64,000 nucleotides of DNA from Octopus sinensis. Its lineage: Eukaryota. The stretch's first letter is position 1. The number at the start of each line of letters is the position of its first letter. Where the stretch lies: NCBI RefSeq assembly GCF_006345805.1, contig NC_043017.1, positions 1,240,001 through 1,304,000 of the forward strand, written 5' to 3'. The notes beneath the pieces are model-generated. The model had not been told where the DNA came from and did no database searches. It saw nothing but the letters and a program-made list of their open reading frames with translations. The translations under genes were made by a program, and so were the position numbers. This document shows positions 57,411 to 64,000 of this stretch, piece after piece.

Positions 57411-57694
57411 GGAGATAATACATTAATAATATAATATATATATATATAATATATGAATAATACATATATATATATATATATATGAATATATACATTATAT
57501 ATATATATATATGAATATATACATATATATATATAATATAATATGATACATATTATATATATTATATATATATATATATGAATATATATATATATGAATA
57601 TATACATATATATTATTTATATATATATATATATGAATATATATATATATATAATATATATATATATATGAATATATATATATATATATAATTA

Positions 57695-57733
<39 letters not shown>

Positions 57734-57750
57734 TATCTATATATATATAT
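55980..57750. repeat. ~1.8-kb (TA)n-based array with recurring ATGAATATATACA units
   Basis: Direct read. Confidence 0.93.
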
Positions 57751-57905
57751 ATTCAAAGAGCAATAAAGATTCAGTTAATTTTAAAAAAATTTACTTGAAT
57801 ATGGTACCTAACTTAGATGCACCAAAAAAAAACTATACTACTGATTTAACAATACAGTAATGTGGGGTGATTATAAGCGAGAAGAAGCAACAAGAATGGA
57901 TAGGT

Positions 57906-57992
57906 TTTTAGTACGATCGTTCATACAAGGACAGGTTTATAAAAGTTGCAAAGATTACGCATATAAACGTGTCCCGTACTCATCAGCTAAAA
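57906..57992 (-). ncRNA. Type-I hammerhead motif (CUGAUGA intact; GAAA lacks one A)
   Basis: UUUUAG-CUGAUGA-long stem II-GAAC GAUC GUA^-CUAAAA. Confidence 0.55.
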
Positions 57993-58154
57993 TACATGTA
58001 AGTTCTCTAGACTCCTAGTGTTTGCGGCTATACTCATGAAGTAATGTAAGATAATTAACAGATTTCTAAAGTTCATTAAAGAAATCTGTTTAATTATCTA
58101 CATTACTTCATGAGTATAGCCTCAAAACTAGGATGTCTAGAGAACTTACATGTA

Positions 58155-58241
58155 TTTTAGCTGTGATACGGACTCGTTTATATGCTGTAATCTTTGCAAC
58201 TTTTAATAAACCTGTCCTTGTATGAAACGATCGTACTAAAA
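58155..58241 (+). ncRNA. Type-I hammerhead motif (GAAA intact; CUGAUGA reads CUGUGA)
   Basis: TTTTAG-CTGTGA-stem II-GAAAC GATC GTA^-CTAAAA. Confidence 0.55.
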
Positions 58242-58288
58242 ACCATCCATTCTTGTTGCTCTTTCTCGCTTATATATATATATATATA

Positions 58289-58330
<42 letters not shown>

Positions 58331-58439
58331 GCATATTACATATATATATATATATTATATGAATATATACATATATATATATATATAGATATATATATAT
58401 AATAATATTACATATATATATTATATATATATATATATA

Positions 58440-58650
58440 TATAAAATATTATTCGAGACAAAACCACTATTTGCCAAAACAAACAAGGAAAGACTTAATT
58501 AATGTATTAATTAAGTCTTTTCTTGTTTGTTTTGCAAAATAGTGGTTTTGTCTCGAATAATATTTTATAATATTTTACTATAAAATCGATTTAATCCTAA
58601 ATCTGATTTTTTCCCTGTAAATTTGGATTTTTCCCTAATATTTATTATTT
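58440..58650. repeat. 64-bp fold-back (2-nt loop) with the right arm extending ~80 bp into (TA)n
   Basis: 58440-58503 versus 58506-58569, about 3 mismatches. Confidence 0.85.
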
Positions 58651-58674
58651 ATCTATATATATATATATATATGA

Positions 58675-58725
<51 letters not shown>

Positions 58726-58736
58726 ATTATATGATA

Positions 58737-58773
<37 letters not shown>

Positions 58774-59203
58774 TATATACATATATTATATATATATATA
58801 TATATATTATTATATGTGTGTTTATATACATATATATACATATACATATTGAGTATATATGAATATATACATATAGTGAGAGAGAAGCGTGAAAGAGCGA
58901 GATAGTGAGGAGGAAAGTGGTTCCAAGATACACATATATATTTGGACACATAACAAGGCCGTCTGTTTGTTCGATATTTCTCCAGAAACCGATAATTCAA
59001 TATTTTCACCGATAATTACAATAACCCCATTCGTCCAATAAACACATTCATTTTACATTAGACATTATTAAAAATGTTATCTGCCTGTCAATATTCTTTC
59101 ACGCTAAATTGAACGAAAATTTATTGTCTTCTCGTATTCAACGAGGAACCGTCACACGATCAGCATTTTTCTCTACTTACTCTTTTTCTCCCTCTCATCA
59201 CGC

Positions 59204-59257
<54 letters not shown>

Positions 59258-59397
59258 GCTTTCAATAACTCATGTTCATTCTTCACTAATCTCTCTGTCA
59301 CATTCTTTCATTCGCCTACACGCTCATTCCTTCTTTCCCTATCTGTCCTACAACAACTTCCCTCTTCGTATAAGTATGTCAGTGACATTTGCTATTA

Positions 59398-59430
<33 letters not shown>

Positions 59431-59741
59431 TTGTGTGCTTGCGCTTATTTGTGTCTATGCATTCGTGCGTGTTTCTATGCGACAGATGGCGAATGTGAGC
59501 TCTGAGTTGAAATTCTTGAGAGTCGGTCTGTTTGTTCCTATCTTTCAGCGTCTGTCTCATTCTGTCCGCCACCACACGATCCCAATATCGATCTTATGCA
59601 CATATTTATATATACATATATATATATATATATATTATAATATATATATATATAACACATCACACACACAAAACACGCATATGTATATCATGTATATATA
59701 TATATAAAGATATATATATATTAAACAAAATATATATACAT

Positions 59742-59854
59742 GGATTCAGTCGTTCTGCGTAGGACCTTGGGTGGGTGTCTTCCAGAATAGCTTGAGAGCT
59801 ACCAAAGCTTTGTGAGTGGATTCTTAGAAGGAACTAAAGGAAGCCCTTCGAGTG

Positions 59855-59855
<1 letters not shown>
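59742..59855 (+). mobile_element. SINE family B head fragment running into a long (TA)(TG) tract
   Basis: CCTTGGG..GTGTCTTC...ACCAAAGCTTTGTGAGTGGATT. Confidence 0.6.
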
Positions 59856-59942
<87 letters not shown>

Positions 59943-60360
59943 AGTGTGTGTGTATGCACATATATATATATATATATATGCATACTTGCATGCATATATA
60001 CGCACGCATACACAGGAACGCTCACGCACACATGCACGATCACTGGCGTGCACATTAGCATATATGTAGTTGGTAGACAGGAATCGTTCGCAGGATGTGC
60101 CGCGTTGCACAGCGGAGTAGTTTCGACGTGATGCGTCTCTTCAGTGACAGCTGCCGCTTGTCGAATCGGAAACGAATCTCACTGAAAACGAAATATAGAA
60201 TTGCCATGACGTTTCCTGATTTATTGTCGCAAGTAACACGATTATTGAAAAACTGTTATTAGCAACAAAACAGTATTAACGTAAAAACGTAATCTTTATA
60301 TGCATAATATATAAATGTTATATGTGTTCATATCTATCTATCTATCTGTCTGTCTATCTG

Positions 60361-60395
<35 letters not shown>

Positions 60396-60415
60396 ATATA
60401 TATAATATATTATAT

Positions 60416-60450
<35 letters not shown>

Positions 60451-60460
<10 letters not shown>

Positions 60461-60535
60461 CTTTGGAGGAGATTAAATGCCATATTAGTACGTGTTGTAG
60501 TTTTTATTTATAGCACCAGTCCGGATCTGACCTCG

Positions 60536-60592
<57 letters not shown>

Positions 60593-60960
60593 GAGGTCAG
60601 ATCCGGACTGGTGCTATAAATAAAACTACAACACGTACTAATATGGCATTTAATCTCCTCCAAAGTAGTTTCCTTTGGAAGCCACAAGCTTAATCCAGCT
60701 CTGTTTCCATGGACGCAATCAATCCCGGAACTCATTTTCTGGTATAATCAGCAGCTGCCTCGTCGATGTCACTTTGAATTCTTCGACGTCCCGAAATACT
60801 CTTCCTTTGAAGCGGGATTTGAATTTTGGAAAGAAGAATATATCACAAGGGGCGAGATTTGGGGATTACGATGGCTGTCGGACCCGGTGAAAGCTGGACC
60901 TAGCCAAAAATTGCTGCACAAGCTGCGCTGAATGAGTAGGTGAGTTGTCATTGTGCAATT
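60451..60960 (-). mobile_element. Mariner 3' fragment (60592-60960, minus strand) plus an inverted copy of its last ~85 bp (60451-60535)
   Basis: Minus frame reads LHNDNSPTH...S*SPNLAPCDIFFFPKFK...ASKGNYFGGD*; the two ends face each other across a (TA)n spacer. Confidence 0.88.
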
Positions 60961-61230
60961 TTCAAATTTTCACTGAAGGGACGCATGCTCTTTTTATAAT
61001 GGAAAATTCGTGGTATTTATATACACATCAAGAAATAATACTTGAGGATAAAACGAGTATGATATCAGGGTATAGAATATACTAATTTAATTAGCCCTTA
61101 CGTAAGTTGAAATTATAATTAGAAAGCAACAACACGTTTTTCTGTATTAGAAGATCAGAATATATGTAATGAATTGTGTGTGTCTGATAGATTTGGAAAT
61201 TCATTTTCTGACTGGTACATAATTTATTGA

Positions 61231-61490
61231 GTGAAGGCGTATGACTCAGTGTTCAGTGCTCCAGTCCACTCCCCCAGCTGTAGAAATGAGTTGCGACGTC
61301 ACAAATGCCAAGCTGTGTCGGCCCCTTTGCCTTTCCCTTGGATAACATCATTGGCGTGGAGAGGGGAGGGTGTTATGTATGGGCGACTGCTGGTCTTCCA
61401 TAAACAAACTTCCCAGGACTTGTGCCTGGGAGGGTAACATTCTTGGTGCAATCCCTTGGTCAGTCATGACCAAACGGTGTCTCAGTATAA
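61231..61490 (+). mobile_element. tRNA-type SINE with internally deleted head
   Basis: GTGAAGGCGTATGACTCAGTG head, CAGCTGTAGAAATGAGTTGCGACGTCAC body; resembles a repeat I recall from octopus genomes. Confidence 0.55.
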
Positions 61491-62174
61491 TGTATTGACC
61501 CCGCAATGATGAAAGGCAAGACCCTGGTGACATTCTGAAAAGAGAACGTGAAAAGAGACGAACTGCTACTTAACGTCTTGCTCGGTGGCGCAACGATTCT
61601 GGCTGCGTGCGGTCTCTGTAACAACAACAACAATAATAATGATGATGATGATTATAATGCTGATGGTTATGATGATGTTGATGGTGATGGTGGTGGTGAT
61701 GATGAGGATGATGATTACGACGACAACAACAACAACATCTGTAGCAACGTCACTAACATTCCGAACAGCAACGGGGGAATGGGTTTAACATCTTCGCAGA
61801 TGACAATGAAACTATTTCGAAAATTGTTTACAGAAATTATTCATGATTGCAAGATTAATTTAAAAAATCAATTAATATATTATTAACGACACGACCTTTT
61901 GAGGTCAATTGTATTTTAAATGAAATATGAACAGAGCAGGAAGGAGGGGGAGATGAACGGCAGATGTAATTCTAGGAAGAACTAAATGTAAAAACAAAAA
62001 AAGGAATAATTAATATGTAAATATTGGTGGGTAATAAATGATAGAATTTGGTTTGAAAAGAATTTCTGTGAAATATTTTCACTTCAGAGAAATTGTGTGG
62101 CTTAGAGGAAATGATTAAAATTAGAATTGGGAGGAAAAACTAATGAAAAAAATAATATTATTTCAGTATCAGAT

Positions 62175-62212
62175 AATGAAATCTAATAATGATGAGGATT
62201 ATGCTGATGACC

Positions 62213-62261
<49 letters not shown>

Positions 62262-62335
62262 TAATAATAACAATAGCAACAACAACAACAACAATAATAA
62301 TAATAATAGTAACAACATCAGTAATAATAATAATG
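62175..62335 (+). repeat. (AAT)n/(AAC)n array
   Basis: Direct read. Confidence 0.93.
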
Positions 62336-62982
62336 CATACATTTTTTATATGAAACTATACATACAGTCATATACATATATACAAACACACACATACATA
62401 TATACGCTTATTTGTACTTCTATGGAAAGTCCCTTGTTGTTTTTATAATCACCAAAGCTGAACTCAACATTCAAAGAAAGCAATAACGGTTCACAGAGAA
62501 ATTAGTTTCAATCTACTAGGCTCTGGCACCACCGTTTTTTTTTTATTTCTTGCAGCTTCTAGTGTGGAGTCCTAACAACAGCCAGCAAAGTGTTGTCACA
62601 AAACACCATCACAGTTGACAGTATTACATGAAAAGAATAGTAAACCTGACCAATACTTTGCCTTTGTACATTTTCTTAATATAATTAATATTTAGGTATT
62701 ATGCTAAAGCAGTGGGCAATGTCAAAGCTTAATTAGACCTAACACAACAACTTTATTATTGTCTGTTTATATTGAAAATTTCAAATCTAGCTTACACATC
62801 CCACTTCTAAATTACAAGCCAAATGATTAATGTAGAAAATGTAGAGTGGTGTTCTTTGAGAGCCACTAATCTGCTTCTGCCCATTTCCTTGGTTATACTA
62901 AGTACAATCCTTCCTCTCGTGTGTCTTCTCTGTACTACTATATACATACATAAATACATACATACATAAATACATACATACA

Positions 62983-63040
<58 letters not shown>

Positions 63041-63199
63041 GAATGGACGAAAGCGCTAATATATATGATATATGATATAAGTTATATGATGTATAAAAAC
63101 ATGTAATATACAAATAAATATCTGTAAATATAAAACCATCCGAATTTCTGAGTACCTCATTTCTTCTAATATAAAATACCTGTACATCATCTCCAAACC

Positions 63200-63241
<42 letters not shown>

Positions 63242-64000
63242 CAAGTAACTTTATAAACGAGAATAACGTTATAAAGGAAATGAAATTTACTTAATACGTT
63301 AAGTTTACTAAATATTTACTGTATCAATTTAGCCCGTGGCCCATTACTTTACCAAGGTAAAAACAATAATATTCTCTTTCGTTGACATATTACTATATTT
63401 TCAATAAATAGATAAAGAAATAAATTGATAGATAAATCTAACACTAATCGGTAATAAATTAATATTTTATAGAAACAATATACTTATTAAGTTTTATCTT
63501 CCATGGTTCGATCTATAGCATTATATACTTTATTCAACAGCTACAAAATTATTTGTGTTGAAACAACATCTATGTAAACGCTATGCTTTATCTTATTATT
63601 ATTATTATTTTTTTTTTTTTGCTCTATATTTATCGTTTTATATTTTACATGATTTTTATACTCATGAATTTGTCTTGAGGCAATAGATTTTGATTATCGA
63701 ATTTTATTTTCTGATAGGAATATACAGCTATACAGATATAGTACGAATGATATTGAGGGCAGATTTATTCTTCGAGACTTAAACGACAAAAAATCAAAAA
63801 TGTTGGCACTTCATACCAAATACGTAGCGCTGTTTCTTGCGCCGCTTTACGTCCTGTTACTCTAGCTCAAATCCCTGTTACTCTAGCTCAAATCCCTTGA
63901 AAAGAAAGGCCAGTCTTTACAATGCGCCCATAACTATTTTGAAGATTTGCGTTTGCCAGAAAATAGTAAAAGATTCTTTGTGATAATATGATTCAGTATC

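Larger units (their letters stand above)
57872..58274. repeat. ~195-bp imperfect inverted repeat with 12-nt loop, each arm carrying a hammerhead motif
   Basis: Arms 57872-58067 and 58080-58274; scattered 1-nt indels between arms. Confidence 0.9.

Overview
AT-rich, microsatellite-saturated animal non-coding DNA. The SINE and microsatellite make-up suggests an octopus-like coleoid cephalopod (inference). I found no supportable host exon, and nearly all ORF-track entries are translations of simple repeats. The real content is transposable elements. (1) A Tx1/L1-clade LINE is present three times: a ~5.3 kb copy at 47690-53023 (-) with an intact 1145-aa APE-RT-zinc-finger ORF2 and a frameshifted CCHC ORF1, a 1.37 kb 5'-truncated copy at 230-1597 with a 16-bp target-site duplication, and a ~120-bp 3' stub at 10611-10730. 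All three 5' junctions abut (TCTA)n/(GATA)n arrays, pointing to a microsatellite-targeting retrotransposon. (2) Two long fold-back repeats (41408-42354 and 57872-58274) carry minimal type-I hammerhead ribozyme motifs of the Penelope pseudo-LTR kind, and a third, degenerate hammerhead-like repeat family is present in two copies. (3) There are several decayed mariner elements, two MITEs, many tRNA-type SINE copies, and extensive di-, tri- and tetranucleotide arrays.
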